Shown here in pieces: positions 9,672 through 19,286 of a stretch of DNA of 64,000 nt. A model generated the notes under the pieces. The model was not told the origin of the DNA. It ran no database searches and saw only the letters and a program-made list of their open reading frames with translations. Source of the DNA: an uncultured Planctomycetia bacterium (lineage in GTDB: Bacteria; Omnitrophota; Gorgyraeia; B26-G9); the NCBI GenBank assembly GCA_964437495.1, contig CAYTGV010000007.1, positions 17,563 through 81,562 on the forward strand, written 5' to 3'. The position numbers and the translations under genes were made by a program. Within the stretch, counting starts at the first letter, position 1; each line of letters opens with the position of its first letter.

Positions 9672-10127
9672 TTAGAGCTCTATTGTCTTGGGCAATATAT
9701 ACCTTATAAGCTGAACTTTATTGTTTTCAGTTATTTTTATATGTGTTTCTTTTGTACGGCTCAAGACATTATGCCAGATACCTTTAAGCAACACAATTGG
9801 CTTATCCAGTACAAAAGCCTCTATTACCTGCGGCACTTTTTCATTAGAAACATACAAAATCGCCTTGCCCTTAACAGGTTCAAAGCTCTCAAATGAAACA
9901 GGATGCCTTTCCAAAAATTTAATCTGCTTTTCCCTTACAACCAGGTACGCGATTCGCCAGCCTTTTGCTTTAAAATCTCTGATAATGATTCTAAATTGAT
10001 TATTCTCTTTCTTGTTTTCCGGCCCTTCCCATTGGATAATATATCCATATTTTTTAAAGTTCAAGGCTGTAATTTTTTTTGGTTTTATACTCAAATTTTC
10101 TAATTTCTTGTTTTCACCCATTAGCAT
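9672..10127 (-). CDS. Cupin-fold protein resembling ureidoglycolate lyase (AllA family).
   Basis: The ...FLERHPVSFESFEPVKGKAILYV... segment matches the AllA HELERHPLGTQAFIPMKG core. Confidence 0.45.
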   Translation of the reverse strand: MLMGENKKLENLSIKPKKITALNFKKYGYIIQWEGPENKKENNQFRIIIRDFKAKGWRIAYLVVREKQIKFLERHPVSFESFEPVKGKAILYVSNEKVPQVIEAFVLDKPIVLLKGIWHNVLSRTKETHIKITENNKVQLIRYILPKTIEL

Positions 10128-10257
10128 TCAAGCCCTTCCTGATAATCTGTTAGACTAAAACAAACTCCATTGCTGAATTAGAATTAATCTTATTTCGAAT
10201 AATAAACTTTTTCGCAACCGCTTTCTCTGTGATGATGATTGACTTCCTCAAAAAAAA

Positions 10258-10953
10258 CTATCTCCTTGAAAAGCCTTGTTTAGTCACCTTAATATACTTC
10301 TCCCATCTCAGATAAACATCTTTAGTTGCTCTGACATCCCGCAGGCAATACCTCGCAATATCTGTCGTCCTCTGATCTCGAAATAAGTCACCTACCATTG
10401 CCCCGCTTATCCCATCTTCTTTGGGACTTTTAATCCCAAAAGCCTGGCTAACCATATGCAGACTAAAATGACGCCGCATGGCTCCATAACAGGTAAGCTG
10501 ATCGTATAAATCAACATGCGCCCTTGCATCATACCTATACGGCATAAGATCTTTAGTCGGCTTTATCTTAAGTGAAGCACTGCGCATCATAATATACGGA
10601 CAGTCAAATCCGCGTCCATTATAGGTGATAAACTGACTGCAATCGCTGATTTTATCCCAAAAATTCTCTAGGATCTCTTTTTCGCTGCAAACAATATATT
10701 CTCCTTTGCCTTCACGGAACTTTCCCTTTGTCCCGTCGGTACTTTGAAAAAAAACTATCCCTTCATCACTAGCTACATCAAGCATCGCTATAGCCACGAT
10801 CTTCCCGCTTACAGGCGACAATCCCAGGCCATCCTTGATTGCCTGTTTTTCTTCATCAGTTTTCGCATTCTTAAGTAATAGCTCCTGTGTTGCAGGATCA
10901 TAAGTATCAAAATCCTCGCCTACGGTTTCAATATCAAAAACAATTTTTGACAT
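10258..10953 (-). CDS. RNase H-like / DEDD 3'-5' exonuclease, related to the PolB exonuclease domain (YprB-like).
   Basis: Exo I motif FDIETVGEDF. Later YNGRGFDCPY and H...D motifs. Confidence 0.6.
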   Translation of the reverse strand: MSKIVFDIETVGEDFDTYDPATQELLLKNAKTDEEKQAIKDGLGLSPVSGKIVAIAMLDVASDEGIVFFQSTDGTKGKFREGKGEYIVCSEKEILENFWDKISDCSQFITYNGRGFDCPYIMMRSASLKIKPTKDLMPYRYDARAHVDLYDQLTCYGAMRRHFSLHMVSQAFGIKSPKEDGISGAMVGDLFRDQRTTDIARYCLRDVRATKDVYLRWEKYIKVTKQGFSRR

Positions 10954-11033
10954 AATTTTTTTCCTTTTCTGTTATATTTACTTTTAGCTTTTGTCCTGCA
11001 GTCTTTGTTTTTGTCTTGTCCTAATATAGTTAG

Positions 11034-11068
11034 CCTGTCCCGCCTCTTTGTGGCGGGGACAGTTTTTT
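11034..11068 (+). terminator. GC hairpin plus T6 (plus-strand polarity). It is also one copy of the CCCGCC hairpin family.
   Basis: CCTGTCCCGCC-tctttgt-GGCGGGGACAG followed by TTTTTT. No plus-strand gene lies upstream. Confidence 0.35.
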
Positions 11069-11268
11069 AGCCCCCACATCGTAAAGCTTTTAAGGGATTA
11101 AAATGATTTTTAAACGCCTTGGATTCGGTTCATCCATAAACCGAACCTTTCAGGTTTCACAGCTTTCGCTGTAAAATCTTGATTTGCTATCCTGCAAATC
11201 AACGCATGATTTTAGATAAATTTGGCCTGAATTTACGGGCCACCCGTAAGGGTGCGATGGATGTTTGA

Positions 11269-11298
11269 TCCCGCCGCCTTTGGGCGGGAGAGTTTTCA
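11269..11298 (+). other. Second CCCGCC hairpin (TCCCGCC-gccttt-GGGCGGGA), followed by a weak T-rich tract.
   Basis: Related to the hairpin at 11034 and to hairpins at 18456, 18487, 19706 and 25756. Confidence 0.3.
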
Positions 11299-11522
11299 GA
11301 GCACCGTAAATTAAGGGCTGATTTATCGATTACGATATCTTTCTATCGGAAAAAATCATGTAAAGTATAAAATCATTTGGAACCCTTACTACCACGTACC
11401 TCTTCCTTTACCTTTTTTTAATTTTATCCCGGAATGGGACAAGCCCACCCCCTACAGATTGGGATATTATTCTCTCTCAACCTATTTCAGGATACCACAA
11501 CATTTTATCTATCCGCTAATCG

Positions 11523-13469
11523 CTAGACGCTATACGCTGTCTTTGCGTAGTTAAGCAAACCGCCTGCCTTAATAATCTCTTTTTGTCTTTTAGAAAGATC
11601 ATACTTCATCTTGATTTTCTGATTTTTAGTTTTATTTTCAACTATAATATTCTCACCTTTATCAAGAGAGGCTATCAGATCTGAGATCTGCAATTTATCT
11701 TCTACGTCAAAACCCTCATAATCAGAGGGATCAAAAAATACAAGAGGAAGAATTCCAAAATTCACCAGATTTGCCGCATGAATTCGTTCTAGTGATTTAG
11801 CAAGTACAGCCTTGACTCCCAGATACATTGGACACAATGCCGCATGTTCACGGCTAGATCCCTGGCCATAGCTTTCTCCGGCAATTATAAAAACAGCTTG
11901 TTTTTTTTCTTTCAAAGCCTTAGCTTTTTGGACAAAAGAAGCATCCATTCCTTCAAAAACAAATCCTGCATATTTTTCAATATTGGAACGAAACTTCAAC
12001 CTGAGTCCAGCAGGCATAATATGATCTGTTGTGATTTTATCCGCAACCTTAATAGCAATTACTCCTTTTAATTCATTATCAAGCATAGAATTCTTAGGGA
12101 GAGCACCTATGTTCGGCCCCCGGAATATATCATGTTTTTCTTTTATCTGCCGGGGATCGATAATCATTATATCGTCAATATCAAAATCATCAGGCAGATT
12201 AATTTGCGGAAAATCTTGCACATTTTTACTTAGGGAATCAACAAACTCTCCGGCAATCGCGCAAAGAGCAGCTGTCTCAGGAGAAACAAGGTAAATACCC
12301 GCAGATGCGGTTCCGCTTCTGCCTTCAAAATTCCTATTATTAGTTCGCACCGATACAGCATTAGTCGCAGGCGCCTGTCCGCAGCCAATACAAAATCCGC
12401 AGGTGCTTTCCATAATTCGTGCTCCCGCATCTATCATTGCCTTAAGAATACCGCTTTTTGCGATCATAGAAAAAACTTGTCTGGATCCCGGAGCAATAGC
12501 GAGAGATACATCGGAATGCACTTTTCTTTTTTCAAGGATCTTTCCCACAATAGTCAGGTCTCTAAGAGAAGAATTCGTACAGCTGCCAATCTCCACTTGA
12601 TCAACTTTTTTCCCAGCGATTTCTTTTACTGTTACCACATTCCCCGGAGAATGAGGTAAGGCAACCATGGGAACTATCTGCGCTAAATCAATTTTTATAA
12701 CCTGCGAATATTTTGCATTATCATCAGCTTTAAGCTCCTGCCAGTCATTTTCTCTTGCTTGTGCCTTTAAAAATCTTCTGGTAACCTCATCAGAGGGAAA
12801 GATGCTAGTAGTTACGCCGGTTTCAGCCCCCATATTTGTTATTGTAGCACGCTCTGGGACACTTAAAGTCTTAAGCCCAACGCCAGAATATTCAAGCACC
12901 TTGTTCACATTACCCTTTGTGGATAAAATTTTCAACACATGCAGGATAATATCCTTTGCCGATACCCATTTGCGCAAACTTCCGATTAACTCTATTTTTA
13001 TAACCTCAGGCGCGGTTAAATAAAAAGCCCCGCCACCCATGGCTACCGCCACATCAATACCACCGGAGCCGATCGCAATCATCCCGATACCGCCTCCTGT
13101 CGGAGTATGAGAATCACTGCCCAGAAGAGTCTTGCCAGGTGAGCCAAAGCGCTCAAGATGCACTTGATGACATATTCCATTGCCGGGCCGAGAAAAGAGT
13201 ATCCCATAACTTGCTGCAACAGTCTGTAAATATTTATGATCATCTGCGTTTTCATAACCCTGCTGCAGAGTATTATGATCCACATAACTTACTGAAATCT
13301 CGGTCTTGACTTTTTTAATCCCCATTGACTCAAACTGTAAGTAAGCCATTGTTCCTGTTGCATCTTGGGTCAATGTCTGGTCTATCCTGATCCCCACTTC
13401 TTCACCAGAAATCAATCTGCCTGCCACCAAATGCTTTCTTAAAATTTTATAAGTTAAAGTATCTGCCAT
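11523..13469 (-). CDS. Aconitate hydratase, short (~650 aa) aconitase-family form.
   Basis: Aconitase Fe-S ligand context (IGSCTNSS, CGFCIGCGQ). C-terminal swivel domain ...GQGSSREHAALCP.... Confidence 0.85.
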   Translation of the reverse strand: MADTLTYKILRKHLVAGRLISGEEVGIRIDQTLTQDATGTMAYLQFESMGIKKVKTEISVSYVDHNTLQQGYENADDHKYLQTVAASYGILFSRPGNGICHQVHLERFGSPGKTLLGSDSHTPTGGGIGMIAIGSGGIDVAVAMGGGAFYLTAPEVIKIELIGSLRKWVSAKDIILHVLKILSTKGNVNKVLEYSGVGLKTLSVPERATITNMGAETGVTTSIFPSDEVTRRFLKAQARENDWQELKADDNAKYSQVIKIDLAQIVPMVALPHSPGNVVTVKEIAGKKVDQVEIGSCTNSSLRDLTIVGKILEKRKVHSDVSLAIAPGSRQVFSMIAKSGILKAMIDAGARIMESTCGFCIGCGQAPATNAVSVRTNNRNFEGRSGTASAGIYLVSPETAALCAIAGEFVDSLSKNVQDFPQINLPDDFDIDDIMIIDPRQIKEKHDIFRGPNIGALPKNSMLDNELKGVIAIKVADKITTDHIMPAGLRLKFRSNIEKYAGFVFEGMDASFVQKAKALKEKKQAVFIIAGESYGQGSSREHAALCPMYLGVKAVLAKSLERIHAANLVNFGILPLVFFDPSDYEGFDVEDKLQISDLIASLDKGENIIVENKTKNQKIKMKYDLSKRQKEIIKAGGLLNYAKTAYSV

Positions 13470-13668
13470 AATATTCTCCTTGAATCAATACACACTTTTT
13501 TTCCGTCAGTTAGAAGATAATCAGAAAACCCTAAAAATACATTAGATGTTTTCATGCTACAATACTATCAAGCTTTTTTATTTTTTTCTAAACCTTATAT
13601 GCGTTAGGCTATTATTTCGCAATTTGCTGTTTCTTCCCTGATTCTCATACCCTCAACTCTATTTTTAT

Positions 13669-14616
13669 CTACTCTTTACTCTCCATGCATTTATCAAAAT
13701 TATAAGTAATTACTTCCGGCCTTCCCTTATTATTCACAATAAACAAAGCCTTAATATCGTTTCTATGGCGCAAGATCAGGGCCTTTGCCCTGGACATGCC
13801 CATGACAAAAAAGGCTGTTGCAAAAACATCCGCATCAATACATGTTGGAGCAATAACTGAGACACTCAACAAGTCTCTATCTGCAAGTAAACCGCTTTTG
13901 GGATCAATAATATGTTTTTTTATATAATTACCCGAGGTTGTCACCGCCTGGTTGTTTATAGAAAACTTTTTTATTATTTTGCTCTGAGCTACCGGGTTAC
14001 GCACGCCCACCTGCCAGAGCGCTCCCTTTTTATTAACTCCATGCGCATAAATATCCCCACCAATATCGATGAGATAGTTTTCAATCTGTAATTTCCTATA
14101 GAGTTCAGTGATTTTATCAACAGCAAATCCAGTAGCAATCCCACCCAGGTCTATTTTTGCTTTTTTATTTTCAAGGTAAACGGCCTTGCTTTTTGGGTTT
14201 AAAATAATACTACCATATCCGCCTTCTTCTTGTAAAGACGTAGCCGTGACATCAAATGCCCCCTTTGTCAACTTTTCATAGTCAAGCGCTTTTTCCAATA
14301 CCTCAAGCAATATTTCGCTGATTTCCACAGGAGCAAATCCAGCGTTTTCATTAATTGCCCTTAGTTCACTATCCGGAGAATAAAAACTCAGAGCTTGTTC
14401 GTTTTTTTTAAGCAGGGAAAATGCCTCATCAATCGCCTTATACGCGCTGTTGATTTTTTTTCTTGTGGGATTAACAACAACTATCGTTATCCTTGCGGTT
14501 GTCCCCATAGCAATAACTGTCTCAGTAATAACTTTTTTGCTGGTTATATTATGCAGTGTTATTATCAGCGTAATAACCAAAAACGTTATCGTGACCAGTT
14601 TAAGAGTTGTTTTCAT
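13669..14616 (-). CDS. apbE: FAD:protein FMN transferase (ApbE family) lipoprotein.
   Basis: ApbE motifs (DLGGIATGFAVD, GGDIYAHG). The start is moved to MKTTLK (14616), which gives a signal-peptide-like N-terminus and an ATGA overlap with the mdh stop. Confidence 0.8.
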   Translation of the reverse strand: MKTTLKLVTITFLVITLIITLHNITSKKVITETVIAMGTTARITIVVVNPTRKKINSAYKAIDEAFSLLKKNEQALSFYSPDSELRAINENAGFAPVEISEILLEVLEKALDYEKLTKGAFDVTATSLQEEGGYGSIILNPKSKAVYLENKKAKIDLGGIATGFAVDKITELYRKLQIENYLIDIGGDIYAHGVNKKGALWQVGVRNPVAQSKIIKKFSINNQAVTTSGNYIKKHIIDPKSGLLADRDLLSVSVIAPTCIDADVFATAFFVMGMSRAKALILRHRNDIKALFIVNNKGRPEVITYNFDKCMESKE

Positions 14617-15530
14617 AAGAGATTGGCAGCTGCTTTCTTGACTGATTGCGCGCAATTGATAAGCTTTTCTTTATCTTCTGCACTTATTTCAAGTTCTATT
14701 ATCTCCTCTACTCCGCTTGCCCCTATTTTAACCGGCACTCCGATACAGGCATCTTCTATGGAGTATTCACCTTGACAATATACACAGGCAGGAACAATAG
14801 CCTTTTCATCTTTAATTATAGCCTTTACCATCCTGAATGCCGCAGCCGAAGGAGCATAATATGCACTTCCCTGGCCTAAATTGACAACAATCTGCGCTCC
14901 CCGCTCGGATGTAGCAAGGGACAATTTGCTGCAAACTTCCCCAGACACAATATCGCTCAACAACTTCCCTGAGACTTTTGCCATACCAGTAAGAGGGATC
15001 ATGTCTTTAGAATGCGCTCCGATAACCATAGCGTCTACACTTGTTACTGGCACATCTAAATACTCCGCAATAAGATTAGCAAATCTTGCCGAATCAAGCA
15101 CTCCACCCATACCAATTACTTGGCGGCTGGAGAACTTACTCCATTTAATCGCAAGATTAGTGAGAATATCCAGAGGGTTGGTGACCATAAGAATAATAGA
15201 ATCCGGAGCCTTGCCTATTATGGAGTTTATTACTGTTTTTATTATCAATGCGTTTTTCTGCAATAAGTCTGCTCTGGTCATACCAGGCTTGCGGGCAAGT
15301 CCGGCCGTAACAACAACTACAGCTGAATCACTAATTGCATTATAATCGCTTGTCCCTAAAATCTTGCGGTTATGACCGGTTACATATCGCGCGTCAGACA
15401 AATCAAGGCCCTTGCCTTTTGCAATTCCCTCTGCGATATCAAGTAGAACAACATCCGCAAGGTCTGCTTCTGCAATACGCTGCGCTAGAGTTCCTCCGAC
15501 ATTTCCTGCTCCAATAACACTGACTTTCAT
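14613..15530 (-). CDS. mdh: Malate dehydrogenase (LDH-like MDH).
   Basis: MKVSVIGAGNVGGT Rossmann motif and a catalytic His region. The start is moved to MKV (15530) with AAGGAG 6 nt upstream. Confidence 0.9.
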   Translation of the reverse strand: MKVSVIGAGNVGGTLAQRIAEADLADVVLLDIAEGIAKGKGLDLSDARYVTGHNRKILGTSDYNAISDSAVVVVTAGLARKPGMTRADLLQKNALIIKTVINSIIGKAPDSIILMVTNPLDILTNLAIKWSKFSSRQVIGMGGVLDSARFANLIAEYLDVPVTSVDAMVIGAHSKDMIPLTGMAKVSGKLLSDIVSGEVCSKLSLATSERGAQIVVNLGQGSAYYAPSAAAFRMVKAIIKDEKAIVPACVYCQGEYSIEDACIGVPVKIGASGVEEIIELEISAEDKEKLINCAQSVKKAAANLL

Positions 15531-15676
15531 TGATTTCTCCTTAAAGTTAAGCACTATTTTAAATTATGGCGGGGTATGTTTTATACGTAGTGAAAAGCTA
15601 AGTTTTTAATGATTTGAATTTATTGATATTCTCACTGTAGCTGCTCTGCCTGGTTTGAAGAACTAGGCTTTTTTAT

Positions 15677-16843
15677 TTACTGAATATTTTTTACCCAGTT
15701 ACTTATTCTGTCTAGTCCCTTTTCTATAAGTTCCATGCTGGTCGCAAAACTAAGCCTTATATAATTACTCTGACCAAAGCCAACTCCTGGAATTACAGCA
15801 ACCTGTGCCTCATCAAGAAGCCTACGTGCAAATTCCATAGAATCAAGCCCTGTCTTTGAGATATTAGCAAACACATAAAATGCTCCTTCAGGCTTAACAA
15901 CACTTAATCCCTTGATTGTGTTAATACGCTTTAGCATATAATCGCGACGCTTTACAAATTCTTTCTTCATTATATCGATACAATCATCTCCACCGCTCAA
16001 AGCAGCCACTGCTGCGACCTGCGCGATTGAATTCGGACATGATGTGGAATGGTCCTGCAAATTAGATATCTTTGAAATTGCTTGCTTGGGCCCGGCCAAA
16101 TACCCTATTCTCCAGCCAGTCATTGAATAAGCCTTGGAAAGACCGTTGACAGTGAATGTCAACGGGTAAATTTTATCATTAAGCGAAGCAATGGATACAT
16201 GTTCTGCTTTATCATATATAAGCTTTTCATATATCTCGTCGCTTATTATATAAATCCCATGTTTAACAGCGATATTCGCTATTTGTTCTAAATCATCTTT
16301 AGTATAAACACAACCCGTGGGATTTGAAGGCGAATTAATTATTATTGCCTTTGTTTTTTTCTTTATTGCTTTTTCGAATTGCTCAGGAGTAATTTTAAAT
16401 TTATTCTTTTCTCTTGTCTTTATATATACAGGCTTGCCCTGGGCAACATTTACCATTTGAGGATATGACACCCAGTAAGGCAGAGGAATAAGAATCTGAT
16501 CCCCTTTATCACAAATTACCTGCAAGATACTGTAAAGGGAATGTTTTGCCCCATTAGAGACAACTATCTGCGAAGGCTCATAATCCAAATTATTATCTTT
16601 TTTAAATTTATTCGCAATAGCCTGTTTTAACTGCGGGGTTCCTGTGGAAGGCGTATATTTGGTAAAGCCATCATTGATCGCAACAATAGCACTTTTCTTT
16701 ATATGCTCCGGCGTATCAAAATCAGGCTCTCCCGCGCCAAAACTAACAATATCAACACCATCTTTTTTTAACTGCTTTGCTTTACTAGTAATCGCCAGAG
16801 TAGGAGATGCACTTAGACTTTGAACACGCTGCGCTAGTTCCAT
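15677..16843 (-). CDS. Class I/II (aspartate-type) aminotransferase.
   Basis: PLP-lysine region (TVNGLSKAYSMTGWRIGY) and the N-terminal FGAGEPDF motif. Confidence 0.85.
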   Translation of the reverse strand: MELAQRVQSLSASPTLAITSKAKQLKKDGVDIVSFGAGEPDFDTPEHIKKSAIVAINDGFTKYTPSTGTPQLKQAIANKFKKDNNLDYEPSQIVVSNGAKHSLYSILQVICDKGDQILIPLPYWVSYPQMVNVAQGKPVYIKTREKNKFKITPEQFEKAIKKKTKAIIINSPSNPTGCVYTKDDLEQIANIAVKHGIYIISDEIYEKLIYDKAEHVSIASLNDKIYPLTFTVNGLSKAYSMTGWRIGYLAGPKQAISKISNLQDHSTSCPNSIAQVAAVAALSGGDDCIDIMKKEFVKRRDYMLKRINTIKGLSVVKPEGAFYVFANISKTGLDSMEFARRLLDEAQVAVIPGVGFGQSNYIRLSFATSMELIEKGLDRISNWVKNIQ

Positions 16844-16844
16844 T

Positions 16845-17441
16845 CTATTCAGCCTTATCCTGCTTTAAAAACTTTCTTAAGCCTCCCAGAAATCCTTTTT
16901 TATCATCCTGAACATCTTTTGCGACCTTAGTCTCTTTAGAAACTTTGGCTGTTTTAGTTGATTTCCCAGCCTTGCTCCCGGAATCGTTTACTTTATCTTT
17001 TTTAGCTTCTTTGTTTTCCTTCACCTCTTTTTCAGAGACGGTCTTTTTATTTTTTTTAGGCTTTTTTATTTTCGGCTCTTCTTTTTTAAGTTCAGTCATT
17101 TCAAGGATAACTAATGATGCGTTATCACCACGCCTGTTGCCCAGATGTACAATGCGAGTATATCCCCCAACACGAGTGCTATAACGCGGGCTTACTTCAC
17201 TAAACAATAATTTAACCAAATTTCTATCAGCTAAAACCTCAAAGGCCTGCCGACGAGAAGCAAGCGTATCCTTTTTTCCGAATGTTATAAGCTTTGCAAA
17301 CAATCGGCGGGATTCTTTGGCCAGGGTTTCTGTTGTTTTAATTCTTTCTTCTACAAGTAAGCTTTTCACTTGATTTCTTAAAACTGCTTTTCGATGTGCG
17401 CTTTGCCTACCTAAACGTTTAATGCTTTTTCTGTGACGCAT
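16845..17441 (-). CDS. rplQ: Ribosomal protein L17 with an ~80-aa Lys/Glu-rich C-terminal extension.
   Basis: L17 core (MRHRKSIKRLGR...GGYTRIV) followed by a KKEEPKIKKPKKNKK... tail. Confidence 0.9.
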   Translation of the reverse strand: MRHRKSIKRLGRQSAHRKAVLRNQVKSLLVEERIKTTETLAKESRRLFAKLITFGKKDTLASRRQAFEVLADRNLVKLLFSEVSPRYSTRVGGYTRIVHLGNRRGDNASLVILEMTELKKEEPKIKKPKKNKKTVSEKEVKENKEAKKDKVNDSGSKAGKSTKTAKVSKETKVAKDVQDDKKGFLGGLRKFLKQDKAE

Positions 17442-17451
17442 ATTATTATCC

Positions 17452-18435
17452 TTATTTTTTTAAAAGATCATCAACCTTCATTCCAAACGATAGACCCATA
17501 GACAGCAAAATGCTGTTTATCTCCGCAAGTGATTTTTTACCAAAATTGCGGTATTTAAGCATCTCCAGTTCCGTGCGACGCACAACTTCGCCAACAGTTT
17601 TAAGGCGTGCCTCTTTAAGACAGTTCGCGCTTCTTACAGACAGATCCAGCTCGCTAACGTTCATTTTTAATTTTTCCAGAAGAGCTTGATCCACTTCTGA
17701 CTTCTCTTCTTCTATATCCTCTTCCTCAATAACACCAAACTTCATAAAGATATCCAAATGTCTCTGTGAAATATTTGCCGCATGCAACAAGGCATCTTTA
17801 GGTGCTATACTACCATTTGTCCATATTTCAAGTAACAAGCGGTCATAATCAGTGATTTGGCCAACCCGGGCATTTTCAACATTAAAATTCACTTTAGTAA
17901 CCGGAGTAAATATAGCATCGATATTAATCCTGCCTATTGTCTTAGCCTCTGCATTGGCAAGTCTCTCAGCAGTTACATAGCCTCTTCCCTTACTAACGGT
18001 AAGCTCCATGTTTAATTTGCCGTTCTTATCCAGAGTCGCAATATGCGCATCAGGATTGATAATCTCTATTGTTTCATCAACGATCAAATCAGCTGCTGTA
18101 ACTTCACTGCTTTTTCCTGATTTAAGATAAATCGTTTTCTGTGCGCTGCCCTGCACTTTTAAAACAACTTTTTTTAAATTAAGAATTATCTGCGCAACAT
18201 CTTCCACAACTCCTTCAACCGTAGAAAACTCATGCAAAGCGTTTTCTATTTTTACCGATGTGATTGCTGCTCCTTCAATAGAAGAAAGCAATACTCTTCT
18301 TAATGTATTTCCTATTGTTATCCCATAACCGCGTTCAAAAGGATCAGCCACAAATTTACCATAAGTATCGCTCAGAGTATTTTCATCACAAACTATACTC
18401 CTTGGCATCTGAAAATCTTTCCACCTTGCTCCCAT
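17452..18435 (-). CDS. rpoA: DNA-directed RNA polymerase alpha subunit.
   Basis: N-terminal domain and alpha-CTD (SVRSANCLK) conserved. AAGGAGG RBS. Confidence 0.95.
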   Translation of the reverse strand: MGARWKDFQMPRSIVCDENTLSDTYGKFVADPFERGYGITIGNTLRRVLLSSIEGAAITSVKIENALHEFSTVEGVVEDVAQIILNLKKVVLKVQGSAQKTIYLKSGKSSEVTAADLIVDETIEIINPDAHIATLDKNGKLNMELTVSKGRGYVTAERLANAEAKTIGRINIDAIFTPVTKVNFNVENARVGQITDYDRLLLEIWTNGSIAPKDALLHAANISQRHLDIFMKFGVIEEEDIEEEKSEVDQALLEKLKMNVSELDLSVRSANCLKEARLKTVGEVVRRTELEMLKYRNFGKKSLAEINSILLSMGLSFGMKVDDLLKK

Positions 18436-18455
18436 AAAAAATTCCTCCTTTTAAG

Positions 18456-18506
18456 GATCCCGCATATTTCAGCGGGAGTATTAAATCCCGCCCTAGCGGG
18501 ATAAAT
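18456..18506 (-). promoter_or_regulatory. Two consecutive GC-rich hairpins in the rpsD-rpoA spacer (AUCCCGC-uagg-GCGGGAU and UCCCGC-ugaaauau-GCGGGA), with no U-tract.
   Basis: Read on the mRNA strand between the rpsD stop (18523) and the rpoA RBS. Confidence 0.4.
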
Positions 18507-18522
18507 CACTTTATTTCTTCAA

Positions 18523-19152
18523 TTATTTAGAATATAACTCTACTATCAACTGCTCCTGCACAGCAAAAGGAGTTTCTTCACGTGTTGGCAGTTTCGCTAT
18601 TTCCGCTTTAAGATCCTTACTATCAACATTCAACCAAGAAGGTATAATCCTTTCCTTAGTAACCTCAAGATTCTCTTTTATCTGCTTGGTAAGTTTTTCT
18701 TTAGTCTGGATCTTAATTTTTTCTCCTGTTACGACCAGATAAGAGGGAATATCCACCTTTTTTCCGTTGACAGTAACATGCCCGTAACGAACAATCTGCC
18801 GAGCCTGGGGAAGCGATACCGCGAACCCGGTACGCAAAATGACATTATCCAGCCTTCTTTCTAAAAGCTGAAGCAATAATTCACCTGTTACCCCTTCCAA
18901 TCTATCTGCTTCATGAAAGTAACGTCTGAACTGCCTCTCCATAACCCCATATATTCTTTTTACTTTCTGCTTTTCTCTAAGCTGCAATCCGTAATCTGAT
19001 ATCTTGCGTCTGCGGCCTTTGCCATGTTGTCCAGAAGGATAACTACGTTTGTCAAAAGCACATTTATCTGTGCTACAGCGCAGCCCTTTTAAAAACAATT
19101 TTGTTCCCTCTCGACGACAAATCCGACAGGACGGTCCAGTGTATCGTGCCAT
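18523..19152 (-). CDS. rpsD: Ribosomal protein S4.
   Basis: [16 protein letters not shown]... Zn-ribbon-type S4 N-terminus with an S4 domain. Confidence 0.95.
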   Translation of the reverse strand: MARYTGPSCRICRREGTKLFLKGLRCSTDKCAFDKRSYPSGQHGKGRRRKISDYGLQLREKQKVKRIYGVMERQFRRYFHEADRLEGVTGELLLQLLERRLDNVILRTGFAVSLPQARQIVRYGHVTVNGKKVDIPSYLVVTGEKIKIQTKEKLTKQIKENLEVTKERIIPSWLNVDSKDLKAEIAKLPTREETPFAVQEQLIVELYSK

Positions 19153-19286
19153 TATTCCTCCAAATTATTTCTCTTTTTTTTATCTGCCACTTACTTTTTT
19201 ATTTTTTTACTTTTTAACCATAACAAAACTAGCGAGGCTCGCCATAATTATCTTATCCTGTCTGCTTGGCGGCTTTTTACTTAATT

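Noticed and set aside
11040-11520. Searched the 570-bp gap for tRNA, tmRNA, SRP RNA, RNase P and 6S signatures
   Set aside because: I found no cloverleaf, no GGAAGGAAGCAGC (SRP) and no AGGAAAGUCCGG (RNase P P4). The region is left as unclassified structured RNA.
15555-15676. Hairpin GCCTGG..CTAGGC plus T6 in plus-strand orientation between mdh and the aminotransferase
   Set aside because: The stem is weak (5/6 bp, 1 mismatch) and is oriented opposite to all flanking genes. It is probably not a functional terminator.
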